From Azolla caroliniana (taxonomy: Eukaryota; Plantae; Polypodiophyta), in the NCBI GenBank assembly GCA_043228905.1, contig JBHGNT010000022.1:9920001-9984000 (forward strand): a stretch of DNA of 64,000 nucleotides, given 5' to 3'. The notes under the pieces were generated by a model that worked only from the letters and a program-made list of their open reading frames with translations, made no database searches and was not told where the DNA came from. This document shows, piece by piece, positions 1 through 11,804 of this stretch (position 1 is the stretch's first letter; every line of letters begins with the position of its first letter). Position numbers and translations under genes: made by a program.

Positions 1-220
1 TGTCTTAGTGTTTCTTCCTTGCTTATGTACATGTTCGTGTGAGAGTCAATGTTGCGTGCCTGCTCTCTCTCTGTCTCTCTTTCCCTTCGGTTGCTTCCAG
101 TGTGCTCCTGGGGTGCCCCGGGAAGGGTGAAGCACGACTTCCTACGCTCCGTCACTCCCTAGTCCAAGACCCCCGTGGTCCCGCCTTTCTCCACGCATGC
201 GCGTAACAACGCGACATATT

Positions 221-238
221 TGGTGAACCCGACGTGAA
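221..238 (+). other. Primer-binding site complementary to the 3' end of tRNA-Trp
   Basis: TGGTGAACCCGACGTGAA, 4 nt after the LTR end; matches the reverse complement of the plant cytosolic tRNA-Trp 3' end plus CCA (recalled sequence). Confidence 0.85.
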
Positions 239-461
239 AGGCGGCGAGGGAGGATGGAGTCGGAAGACGACGACCTCACGGAGATGGTGGATGAAGTGGT
301 GTTGGAGTCAGCACGAGTGGTGATGAGGCGAGAAGCAACGCAACAAGCGGTTGAGCGAGTGGTCGAAAGAGTTAGCCGTTTCAACTGGGACAAAGTCCCA
401 TCTTACTTGGAAGCCTACAACGCGGAAATGGAGGAGTGAGACGTGGATGAAGCGTTGAGGC

Positions 462-784
462 TGTAGGACCAAATCGAGGTGTCTTACTAGGACCAAATGG
501 TCGAAACAAGGAGTGCGTAGAGATAGGCACAAGACGATTAGAGGGTGCTTAAGCTAAACAAGAGAAAGTAGGCAACATACACTAATGAGAGAGAGATGTT
601 TTTAATTCAAAGAGGGTGGTGGTCTTAGGCAAACTAGTTTCGCTCAATAGTGGAGCTCTTCAGTGCAAAGACCATTACAACAAGAGAATGTGATTTATAA
701 AGGGGTGGGAAGGAAGAGGAAGTGAGAGAAAAAGGAGTGGGGAGGATTTGATTTGTGTAGTAGATGAGAGAGAATAGAATGTGG

Positions 785-827
<43 letters not shown>

Positions 828-1171
828 GTGTGTAGGAAAGTGATAGGGAATGAGAGAAGGGAAATTAGTATAATGATGATGGTGAGGGGGGAGTTTTTAA
901 TGTGATGAAAAAGGGGGATTTGGGATAATATTAAGTGGGGGATGTGGGTGAATTATTTGAAAACTTAGTGTTAAGTGGGGGATTTGGGTGGATTGTTTGA
1001 AACTTTAGTCTTAAGTGGGGGATTTGGGTGGATTGTTTGAAAATTTAGTCTTAAGTGGGGGATTTTGGTGGATTGTTTGAAAACTTAGTTTTAAGTGGGG
1101 GATTTTGGTGGATTTTTTGAAAACTTGGTCTTAACTAGGAGGGCATGTAAGGACTTAGATTTTGTCCAACA
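462..1171. mobile_element. Solo LTR without a matching TSD
   Basis: Termini TGTAGGAC...GTCCAACA form an imperfect inverted repeat. Has a (GA)n tract and an abrupt compositional change. Flanks GAGGC and TACGA differ. Confidence 0.7.
931..1130. repeat. 40-bp tandem repeat, 5 copies, inside the solo LTR
   Basis: TTAAGTGGGGGATTTGGGTGGATTGTTTGAAAACTTAGT-like units start at 931, 971, 1011, 1051 and 1091. Confidence 0.9.
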
Positions 1172-4100
1172 TACGAAAGGGCGTGAGATGCTTGTAAGCT
1201 CAACCTCGACCAGTGGGTAGCATCGGCAAAGACCCACTGGGGCGCGACCAAGGCGTTCCGAGAGTTCGAGTGACGGCTTGCTCGGCTCCCGGAGCGAGAA
1301 TAAGGTTTGGTGGGGGCGGACAAAAGCCCTATTGTTTGTCCGGTCGATCGACCGAGCGGAACGGGAGGCCATCGGGATTGAGCTCGAAGACGACGACGGA
1401 GCGAATGGGCTTATGGACGACTGGTCGAAGGTCGGAAGGGTGTGCCAATGGCTAGACGATGAGCGAGCCGAGAAGGCTAAGAGGAAGGCGCGCGACGGCG
1501 TGCCATCACAGGGGGAAGAGGCCGAACGACAAAGGGAGTTGGATGGGGTCGGCGTTGAGGCCGGAGGCGTACGCACCTCTCGAGGCGATGCTCGAGGAAG
1601 AGGAAAGATCGAGGTGTCCAGCTGAGACCGGGGAGACCGTCTTGCCCCACGAGATGGCGGGAGATCGGTACGATGGTACCATGGGAGAGGATTGCCGACC
1701 GAGGACGAGGTCGGCATCGGAGAAGAGCCCTCCACGTGGATTCCGGAGACTCCGGCGGTCGTGCCCATGTGCCGACATGAGACCGGAGAGAAGGAAGGCG
1801 CCGAAGAGGAGTCCTGGCACGATGCCAGCGAAGAAGGATGGGAAACGGCGTGCGAGGAGGCCGAGGACGGAAGCGGCACAGGAAGATCGGCATTCCAATT
1901 CGGATGGATTGTTCGATCGAGGCCGGATTCGGCATAAAGGTGCCGATACAGGAGAGGGTGCGGGACGAGCCGCCCTCTTTTACATGGGGAGAAAGACTGA
2001 CCGGACGAAGGTCGAGAATTGGAAGGAGGGTGATCAGAGGTTCGGAAAGAGTTTGGCAAGATCGGCATCGGAGCCGAAAACTCCGAACATTGGAGAATCA
2101 AGCTCAGGCGGGGCTTGATTGATCACAGAGCGGATGCTATCCACCGACACCACTAAAAGGGGTGGTGGCCTAGACGAGTTGCCGAAACACGTTGCGAAAT
2201 CGGTTACGCCACATCCTATCCGGAGACTACGGCTGTTCAGCCGACGGGGCAATGTAAGACCGAAAGAGATGGAAAATGGAGGCGGGAACGTAGCAAGGAG
2301 AGCAACAAGGAGTTCGGGAGAAGTACAAGAGAATGAAAGCCGGTCCTATGGAGTTCCTTACACCGATCCGACGGTTGGCCCTAGTGCCGGCGTGAGTCCT
2401 ATAGGAGAGATCGGTGGCAACAGGAGAACGGGACCCGACAATCCAGAGAATGACAGACGGACCCGGACGAGAACCGGGCGGAGCGGACTTCCGGAAAACC
2501 ATTCCGGGAGGGAGGAAGAGAGCAGGCCTATGAAGAGGCCGGGAACACGGTACGTCGGTACCACAGGAGAGGGTGTGGAGCGAGCCACCCTCTTGACTTG
2601 CGAAAGAAGGAAGGCCCATGATAAGGGACAAGGATACGGGTAGCCCAAGGAGGATCCTTCACATCGGATCTAGAGACTTCGGCAGTCGGCAACGCGGTCG
2701 ACGTAAGACCAAGATACTGACGGTGGCGGCGAGGGGACAAGGGCGGAAATGGAGAAAGAGGAAGTCCCATGAGGACACTCACACCGATCCGGCGGTCGGC
2801 CCGAGTGCCGACGTGAGTCCTATAGAGGAGATCGGTGGCGGCAGGAGAACGTGATCAGACGACAGGAGGCGACGAACGACAAGGAGGTATGAGGCCGGCA
2901 AGGCAGCTACGGACCATCTGAAACCTTCCGGCGAGGGGAGTGCGCGTAAGGAAGTCCGGTCCTACGGGATCCCTACACCTAACCAGAGACTCTGGCAGTT
3001 CGGCCAACGTGGCAACATGAGACCGAGAGAGAAGGTTGGTGGCGGCGGGAAACGGGACCCGACTACGCGGAAGAGACAAGGAGAATCCGGGAGGGACCCA
3101 AACAAAGACACCCTAAATTTCGGCAAGCAAAGAAATGAAAACCGGTCCTATGGGATCTTCACACCGGTTCCGGAGACCACGGCTGTTCGTCCAACGTGGC
3201 AACGTAAGACCGAGGGAGAAGGAAGGTGGTGGCAAGGGACGGGACCGGGCATCGACAAAGGTCGGTAAGACGGGACGGACGAAGTGCGGAACCCTTACCG
3301 ACTGGTTACGGTAGCGGAAGGAGCTGGTAAGGCGAACAAAGGGAGGTGTGTCGGGCCGGAAAGGCACACCTGGGACGGAACAAGAGTCTCGCAAGTGGCC
3401 ATCGTGGGCCGGATCGAAGCATGACTAAGGGACGGTGTTTGGGACGGGCGGTGCCGAACAAAGGAAGCGGAAGACGGCACAAGGGAGGTGGCGGGAACGA
3501 GGTGACGGGTGTATAGTGGACTACACAAGGTCGGAGTCAAGGGATGGCAAGAGAGGCCGGAGGAGGATCCTCCACACTCGCTTCGTAGATCTCGGTAGCT
3601 CCGTCGAAGTAGCGAAGACTGACACGGCAAGCCTGGGGTGACAAGCTGGTGGGGGCGAGGGGACGACGGCAAGCGAAAGAATCAGGACCTGTTGCAGCAG
3701 CACGAAAACGGGAAGGGCCAAGCGGGCTACTACGGGGTGTTCCTCGAATACGGAGGACACCGGTATGCCGATGAGCGGCGATGCACGATCTGGCCGAAAA
3801 AGGGGCCGACAAGGCGTGCAATGAACCAGAGTACGACACAAACAGTGCTAAACATCGGACGACGGTATGTGGCACACGGAGGAGCCGGAGCGGAAAGGCG
3901 AGCGCGAAGATGGGTTGCACGGTTCAGAGGTAGTGCATAGAAGGCCAGAGAAGGATCCTCCACACCGTTCCAGAGACCATGGAGGTTCGAGCCGACGTCG
4001 CGACGTAAGACCATGGAGAAGGAAGGTGGCGGCGAGAGGACGAAGGCAACGCGAAGCAACATGGGACGACAATCAAGACAACACGAATGGTCGACGGAGG

Positions 4101-5067
4101 CCAAGTGTTCCACTATGGGCGTTCCTCAAGTGGAGGACATTGGGCATACAACGGAGAACGGAGCGTGCATACGGCCGAACAAGGGCCAACGGAAGTACAC
4201 GTACTATGGAGATCGCGGCAAAGGACCCATCGACGGGTCGAACGAACCTACGAGGAGGTAAGCGCGAAGGAAGAACCCACGCCGACGGTTCAAACCGGCA
4301 GCGAGTCGAGATGCGGATTACGGAAGACCGGTTTCTCACCGGCTAAAATCTCTCACCTTTCACCGGATTTGGCACGTTGTCGAGGTATTCCTCGCGGATG
4401 CATGGAACGAGGTGGGACCTCGGGGGTCCTGTACCGAAGAGCAAGAGAGAAAGGAGAAGAGACCCACTACGTGCGAGCGTAGATCCACAGGGACACGGCC
4501 CTTCGACCCAAAGACGTGAGTGGGACAGCGACACAGAGAGACACGAATGTATGTATGTATTAACAAAGACAAAACAACAAGAGGACGAAGTCGGTTACAA
4601 CCGAACAGGTCGGCGAACAGATGCCGATGCCTGTTCGTAAACGCACAGAAAGAAAGGAGTAGGTTGGAGGTGCTGCCGGAAGCACTCGGGCATTCCTCAG
4701 AGCAGCGCGAGCCTCCCGAAACCTGCACCGAAAGGAGCTATGGAGTTTGGAAGAGAGAGAAGCCTTCGGCCCACAATCCGACAACACTTCGTCCTCTCTT
4801 ACTTCGCGATCCCCTCCTCCTCCTCGTCTCCCTCCTTTTATAGGCAAGAAGGGAGCCGTTTCCTATTAACTTCTTACCTACCGAATCTTCCTACCTAGGA
4901 TCTTCTATGTACAACGTAAGGCGTACGTGCATGAAGAGCCGGTTCCTATGCCCCAGTGCACCGATTCCGCTTGTGGACGGTTTTCTTCACGACATCCGCC
5001 CCCACCTAACCGCGCATCCACCGGCATGCGCCAAATTGAGTTGGGATGGAGAAAACCGGTCCAGCCT

Positions 5068-8030
5068 TTATTCCTCGCCCGTCGGTTCTTCTTCGGTTTC
5101 GGATCGTTCGTCATCCCGGTCCAGGTTATCCGGATCCGGCTCGTCGTCGTGACGCTTCTTGAACGCTTTGATCCGCTTCCCAACTACTGGTATCGCCATT
5201 CTCGTGCCATCGAGTTCCGCCAGATGGTACGTCCCGTTGTCGTTGGTGCTTCGTACCACGTAAGGCCCGAACCACCTTCTTGCGAACTTCCGTGTTGCTC
5301 GGTACTGGTTGTCGAGGCGGCTGTCATAGACTAGCACCCAGTCGCCTTCCTCGATCTTCTTCGGTTGGAGCCGGTGCGTCCGGTCAAACCGGGCTTTGTT
5401 CCTCGTCCTTGCCACCTGAAGCTTTCCCGCAACCTGCTCCACGTCCTCCGGTCTTCGCTCGAGCTGTCGTATGCGCGCCGCCAACAGTTCCCCCCGCCCT
5501 CATCTTGTCTCTTCAGTCCACGATTGCCCATGAGGAGATCGTACGTTCCATCGGCATGACCAGCTTCTGCCCAAACATTAGCTCTGCCGGCATGAATCCG
5601 GTTACCGAACTACGCGTAGTTCAGTCAACGCACAACGCGTAAGGCAGCAGTCGTGGCCAGTTCCCGACTTGCCCTCCGCATGCCCGAACTAACGCCTTGA
5701 CGATCGGTCCGTGTCCGCGCTCCACCTTTCCATTTGCCTCCGGATTGTACGCAGTGGTAAGTGAGAGCTTGACCCCTAACCGGTCAAACAGCTCCTCGGC
5801 CTCTTCGGCGTCCAACTCCCCGCGATCAGCCACGATCTTCCTGACGCACCCGTACCGGCATATTACGTCCTTGAGCAGGAACCGACATACAACTGCAATT
5901 GTTTTGTTCTGAAGGGGCCGGCCTTCCACCTGGTTCGTCAGATCTTCCCGAGCCAGGACCAGATACCGCATCTGTCCTACTCCCATTGGCATCGTCACCA
6001 GGTCTACCATCCATTTGAAGTGGATGGTCGGAGGGTACATAGGGTGAAGTTCGTCCCGGTGTCGGACTATGGAGTGCATCTGACAGCTCTCGCAAGTTGT
6101 CACGAACCGATGCACGTCCCGGTACAGTCCCGGCCACCAGTACTTCCCCTTTATCTTCTCGAATGTGGCCCAGGTTCCACGGTGTCCGGCCCAAGGGCGG
6201 TCGTGGTAGGCCGTCAGCAGCTCCTCCTGTTCTTCCTTCATCGCCACCACCCGGAGCGGGACGTCGTCCCTCTTCTTCGGGTGCTTCCATAAGTATCCGT
6301 CCCGGAGAAAGAATCGGTAAGCTTTCTTCCGGATCCGGTTGGCCTCGTCCTTCGTCCATGACGCATCCGGCGTCATTGTCCTCAAAAATCCACCGATCTG
6401 GAGCCACTCGCCGTCGTACTTGCTCTCGTCGAAGTCGTTAAGTGCCGGAGTGCTCGTCCCATCGGTCGTCACGTACGCCGCCTCGAAGAAGTCCACGCCG
6501 ACTTCTTCGTCCTCCGAAACCATGCCGCCCTTGTCATCAAACCTCGCCCTCGAAAGCATGTCGGCCATGGACTTGATGTATTTCCGGATCCAGGGACTTG
6601 ATGTACGCTATCGACCTGAGCATTGCCAGGTCCGGTGTCGCGCATCCGGAAACCATGCCGAGAATTGGCAGGCAATCCGTCTCGATAATCACCTCTGTCC
6701 CGATCAGGTAGTCTTTGTCGGCCTTTACTGCCGAAACGATACCCCAGAGTTCGCGTTTAACCTGGGCGTACCCTCGTTGTCGCTCACTGAGGACCTTCGC
6801 GCCGAATCGGATCGGGAACCGAATGCTGTCCTTGTCTTCTTGGTTGACGACCCATCCAATCCCAGTCGGACTCGTGTCCACCGTTATGTATACCGGGGTA
6901 CCCTTCTCGTAGACAGCCTTCCGGAGCGCCGGTGCTGCCGCAAGAGCTTCCTTCAGCTTCCGGACTGACTCCGTGTGCTCGTCTCGCCACTCGAATTTCC
7001 GCCCCTTCTTCAGCAACCCGTATAGCGGCTCCGCAACGTGGGCGTAGTGTGGGATCCATATGTGGTAGAATGCGCATGCCCCCAGGAACCTCCGAACTTC
7101 CGTAACCGAGCTACAGTCGGTCTTCATCGCGGAGATGGCTTCTACTTTTGCCGGAGACGGCTTCCGGCCATATGGTCCACATAGGTGTCCGACCATCAGG
7201 ATTTCTGATTGCCCGAACGCCGATTTCTCCCCGGAGAAGGTGAGCCTCGCATCCTTTAGCCTTTGTAGCACCTTCTCGCAGTCGTCGATGTGTGCTGCCA
7301 CGAATCGCCGACATCCATCCGGTCCGAGTGTCGCGTCCTTCTCTGCCACCGGGCACCCCTTGATCGGGATGTCGTCTAGAAATGGCATGGTGATGTCCGG
7401 GATGCAATCCCTCAGTACCTTGTTCATTGCATTCACCATGTGGGCCACCGAGTTGGTCCCTCCTTGTGGCAGGGTACACATTCGCACTAGGCCGAGGGGA
7501 GTTCGCATCGTCGTAATGTCTCTGCTCTCCACGGCTAGCTAGAACTGGTCGTACCCCGAGTATAGATCACCGACCGAGTAAATCGACCTCCCGGCGAAGG
7601 CCTCCGCGAACTCGTCTATGGTCGGTCCGATTCCTGCGTTCCGAATGGTCACTCTGTTGACCGGCTGCAGGTCCTGAATGAAGCGCAATGTTCCGTTTTT
7701 CTTTGGTACGGTAAACCATCGGTTCGAGTATGGCGCGCTCGACGGTTCGAGAATACCCATATCGACTTTCTGCCTCAATAGCTCCATCAACTTCGGGATG
7801 TGAGCTCTCGGTACTGGAATCGGCTTGAGATTCCACGGTACATGCGGTACCGTGAATATCACCATCGGCTCCACGATCGTCGGGTCTACGCACCCGATCT
7901 CTTCTGGCGAGAATGCGAAGGCTTTCCCGTGCCTTCCGAGCATTCTCCGAAACCGGTCTTCCTCCGCCGGTAGTAGGAACCCGCCCACACCGATTTTGAG
8001 CTCCCGGAGCGTTCCGTCGGTGAAGGTGTG
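5068..8030 (-). pseudogene. Pol (RT-RNase H-integrase) of element B, broken by stops and frameshifts
   Basis: RT: DLYSGYDQF, LPQGGTNS, FLDD. RNase H: VDTSPTGIG, ETDC. Integrase: HDRPWAGHRG..CESCQ, VDLV, ADRG, NGKVERG, WFGPY. Split across ORFs 7539-7988, 6537-7532, 5621-6568 and 5068-5484. Confidence 0.92.
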
Positions 8031-10169
8031 TCATATGCAGACCGGATTTTGTAAACAGGGGTCCGACGCAACCCCTCTGATCCAGGACTCGCTGCCCTCC
8101 AGTAAGGGTGCCGCGACTGGCCTTACCTTCCGGTCCACAGTGTTGTACTTCGTGCTAACTCGGGCCATCCGATCCGACCCGAGCCCCTGACTGAAGTCCG
8201 CGATGACTTCGTACATCTCTTCGGAACATACCGGTATCGTCTCCTGTACGAAGAAGTGCTGGTCAATCTCGACGTCGCCGATCTTGACTCGCACGTTCGG
8301 GCAGGCCCCGTGCAGTTCCTCGGTGGCGCGCGTCGCCGCCCGTATCTTCCACCCGTGCTTGGTGTTGATCAGCCACTTTCCTTTCTTATAGAAGTCCATG
8401 GACATCAGGTTTATTTCCGAACCGTGGTCCACCAATGCCACCACCGGTTCCTGAACATCTCCGATCTTTACCGGGGTCTCCGTGGTCGCTCGAGCCCAGT
8501 GTGGCCTCGAATAGTGGCTCTCCGCCCACTCATCTTCCAGCGCCAAATCGTTGATGTGCGTCGTCCGCACCTCCACCGGCCTTTCCGGTTCCGTCTCCGT
8601 CAACAGCGTCTTCCGCTTCACCAAGTCCACAATGGAGTCGTGGAACTCCTTCTTAGCGATCCCTAGCACCTCCCGCAATGACAACTCTACTTTGCTGTCG
8701 AGGATCCGCTCTTCTAGGAACTTTCGTAGGTCCGTGGTCCTTTCTATTTCCGTCCCCAGTCGGTATCCGCCCTTCCTAGGGTTATCCTGCGAGCTGGACC
8801 CACCGGCATCGTTCCGTCGTTGCCTGAATCGGGTCTCGTACCGTTGTGAGGGCCCGGCCACTCTGGCTTTCCCCACTCGTTTGTCTTCTACCAGAGCCTC
8901 GTAGTTCCGGCAGGCGGCTTCTACGAAGCTCGTCTTCTCCTCGACCGGATCGCTCCACCCGGTTATTTCCTGGACCCGTCTCTCAGCGTGGTCCGTTTCA
9001 TCTTTCCTCAGCCGTGTGCCGGCAAGACCTCCCAGCATTGCCGACCAGAATCCGTCTTTGCCCTCCTTTCGGGCCTCGTTGCCCCCGACCCGAATGCCGG
9101 CCGACGCCGAGTAGTGGATGGCCTCCACGTGTCGGGTCGCTGCCTCTTCCATCAGTCTCTTCATACCTCCTCGCCCGTCGTTTCGGTTTAGGGCCCTTCT
9201 GGTATCGCCGGCATGCACCCGGACTTCCCACAGGTACACCACCCGGTTCCTCAACGCCTCATCGAAATCGCCGCAGTCCTTCCGGATGTGGCCGACCTCG
9301 TCGCACCACATGCACCTGTTCCCTGCTACCGGCTGTCGGTCACGAGCCAGTTCGCCGCCTTCCCTTCGAGTCTGGGCAATCTGGAGATCCTTTATTGCCC
9401 GCGTCAACTCCTCCAGCGCTGCTCCTCCAGACGAGCCACTGACCATGCCGGCCGAAGCCAGACCGGTTTCTAGCCATTCCCGGGTTTCTTCCCTTCGCCC
9501 TTGCGGTGCCGGTTCAAGCCTCCTTGCTGTGACAGAGCCCGCACCAGCCACCCCGTTGTCAGCCCATTCTCGCCGTTTGTCGAAACGGCCACAGACTCTC
9601 TTAACCGCAGCCCAGTCGGTCGTTAGCCCGTCTTCGGTTTCCAGCAAAGAGCCGACTTGATTTCGGTCCCGCTCGTCCACCGACTTGACGAACAGTAGGA
9701 CCCGGCTCGTATCCAGAATGGTTCGGTCAAGCGCCGAAAGGCGCGCAAAGCGTTCTTCGAACTCCCGGAGGAGTGCCAACGCGTTTCTTCCCTTGCCGGG
9801 GGACTCCACCCATTCCATGAAGTCTCGTTTCGAAAGACGGAGCGCGTCGTCCAACCCGTATTTTTCTAGGAGTCGGCCTTCAAACTCCTCCCAGGTACGG
9901 CTCTCCGCCCGCACCTCGAGCACCTCCGCATGGATGCTCGGCATCGCCACTCGAGGAAACCTGGCAAGACGCCTCTCTTCCAGAATGTCCCGCATCAGCA
10001 TTTCTGCCCCGTAGGATGCCAAATACTTCGTGGTATCCTTTCCGCTGAACCGGCTGATCGTACCGACGACCGCCTCAATGGCTTTGTCGAGGGCGCCGGT
10101 GCCCTCGCGTGCACTGAATACCCGATCCATGGCCGAAGCCATGGCCTCTGCCAGATCCGACCCCTTCAT
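8031..10169 (-). CDS. Gag-protease ORF of element B (712 aa)
   Basis: Zinc knuckle CMWCDEVGHIRKDC and aspartic protease motif ALVDHGSEINLM. Confidence 0.85.
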   Translation of the reverse strand: MKGSDLAEAMASAMDRVFSAREGTGALDKAIEAVVGTISRFSGKDTTKYLASYGAEMLMRDILEERRLARFPRVAMPSIHAEVLEVRAESRTWEEFEGRLLEKYGLDDALRLSKRDFMEWVESPGKGRNALALLREFEERFARLSALDRTILDTSRVLLFVKSVDERDRNQVGSLLETEDGLTTDWAAVKRVCGRFDKRREWADNGVAGAGSVTARRLEPAPQGRREETREWLETGLASAGMVSGSSGGAALEELTRAIKDLQIAQTRREGGELARDRQPVAGNRCMWCDEVGHIRKDCGDFDEALRNRVVYLWEVRVHAGDTRRALNRNDGRGGMKRLMEEAATRHVEAIHYSASAGIRVGGNEARKEGKDGFWSAMLGGLAGTRLRKDETDHAERRVQEITGWSDPVEEKTSFVEAACRNYEALVEDKRVGKARVAGPSQRYETRFRQRRNDAGGSSSQDNPRKGGYRLGTEIERTTDLRKFLEERILDSKVELSLREVLGIAKKEFHDSIVDLVKRKTLLTETEPERPVEVRTTHINDLALEDEWAESHYSRPHWARATTETPVKIGDVQEPVVALVDHGSEINLMSMDFYKKGKWLINTKHGWKIRAATRATEELHGACPNVRVKIGDVEIDQHFFVQETIPVCSEEMYEVIADFSQGLGSDRMARVSTKYNTVDRKVRPVAAPLLEGSESWIRGVASDPCLQNPVCI

Positions 10170-11120
10170 CTTCTACTCTTCTGCCGCCTCCTTCATGTCG
10201 GGTTCACCAAGATGTCGAGGTATTCCTCGTGGATGCGTGGAACGAGGCGGGACCTCGAGGGTCCTGTACCGAAGAGCAAGAGAGAAAGGAGAAGAGACCC
10301 ACTACGTGCGAGCGTAGATCCACTAGGACACGGCCCTTCGACCCAAAGACACGAGTGGGACAGCGACACAGAGAGACACGAATGTATGTATGTATTAACA
10401 AAGACAAAACAACAAGAGGATGAAGTCGGTTACAACCAAACAGGCCGGCGAACAGATGCCGATGCCTGTTCGTAAACGCACAGAAAGAAAGGAGTAGGTT
10501 GGAGGTGCTGCCGGAAGCACTCGGGCATTCCTCAGAGCAGCGCGAGCCTCCCGAAACCTGCACACAGAAAGGAGCTATGGAGTTTGGAAGAGAGAGAAGC
10601 CTTCGGCCCACAATCCGACAGCACTTCGTCCTCTCTTACTTCGCGATCCCCTCCTCCTCCTCGTCTCCCTCCTTTTATAGGCAAGAAGGGAGCCGTTTCC
10701 TATTAACTTCTTACCTACCGAATCTTCCTACCTAGGATCTTCTATGTACAATGTAAGGCGTACGTGCATGAAGAGCCGGTTCCTATGCCCCAGCGCACCG
10801 ATTCCGCTCGTGGACGGTTTTCTTCACGACAACGTACCGGTGGACGTGCGGTTAGGTGGGGGCCGATGTTATGAAGAATTTCAGCCAGAGGCGGAAACTG
10901 GGAAATATTGGCTACATCGGCGGGGTGCACCATGGGCACTAACCCTCGTGTAATTGTGTGAATAATAGGAGTTAAATCGAGGTGAAGAATCCCATGTAAA
11001 TCGGGATTTATCCCACATTGTAACGCATCCCTCTCCTTGTTCTATAAAAGGAAGGGATGGTCCCTTGTAGAAGGGTTGCCCATTTTGTATTAGTAGGGTA
11101 TACCGTTAGACGAAGAGACG

Positions 11121-11172
<52 letters not shown>

Positions 11173-11804
11173 TTAGGGTTTCTTCTTCTTGCTCCCCTCT
11201 ACTTCTTCTTCTACTTCGTCCTTCTGTGCGTCGAGCCTTGGCATCTAGTGTTCCAGTTTTCTGCCCTGTACTCTGTGTAAGACCCCGCTCGGCGCGACAA
11301 GCCCGATGTCAGGAACAATACTGAGACAGAGAAGGAATTAGTACTAAACGAAGGATTAGTACTATGAGAGGTGTAGAACTTCTTCGAGAGAAGGAAGGAG
11401 TGAGCGAGACGGAGAGAAAGAGAGAGATTGAGAGAGAGAGAGAGTGATGATAATAAAGATATGCATTATATGAAGAGAATATACAATGGTGGCTAAAAGG
11501 CTTAAGACTGGCGTTGAACCAATTTGGTTCAACATAATGCCTAGTGGCCTCTTTTATAGTGTTTTCAGGAGTAATCCTGAAGCTTCTAGAATGTTCTAGA
11601 GAAATTTGGAATATACACTAATTTCCTATAATAAAATGTAAATGAAAATAATATCCTACGTATTACAATAGATGGTCTAATGGTCAAGAGCTCGACCCAT
11701 ATAACCTAAGGTCATGGGTTCGATTCTTGCCATATCATGACATTATCCCCCCTTTAAAATGACGAGTGTCACGAGTTGTCTTCGATTGAGGACCCGGTTT
11801 GTGT

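Larger units (their letters stand above)
254..1500 (+). pseudogene. Degenerate gag of element A, split by a solo LTR
   Basis: VSRFNWDKVPSYLEAYNAEM and LLFVRSIDRAEREAIGIELE..DDWSKVGRVC align by eye to the gag of element B (ISRFSGKDTTKYLASYGAEM; LLFVKSVDERDRNQVGSLLE..TDWAAVKRVC). Contains stops and frameshifts. Confidence 0.75.
4378..10831 (-). mobile_element. Full-length Ty3/gypsy element B (two LTRs, PBS-Trp, PPT, 4-bp TSD ACGT)
   Basis: Near-identical LTRs at 4378-4994 and 10213-10831 (TGTCGAGG...CACGACA). ACGT at 4374-4377 and 10832-10835. PBS at 10192-10209 (minus), PPT at ~4995-5011 (minus). Confidence 0.95.

Noticed and set aside
931-1130. Regular 40-bp repeats resembling a CRISPR array (also 23104-23260 and 51755-51852)
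   Set aside because: Head-to-tail units with no unique spacers, no cas genes, and a eukaryotic TE context.
1091-4847. Many overlapping 60-336 aa ORFs on both strands
   Set aside because: Expected in GC-rich TE DNA; low-complexity translations with no recognisable domains beyond gag.
11172-11182. Telomere-like TTTAGGGTTT
   Set aside because: A single telo-box-like motif inside an LTR, not an array.
11666-11735. Functional tRNA gene
   Set aside because: No convincing acceptor stem, a weak anticodon stem and a variable loop among copies; reported as tRNA-like only.
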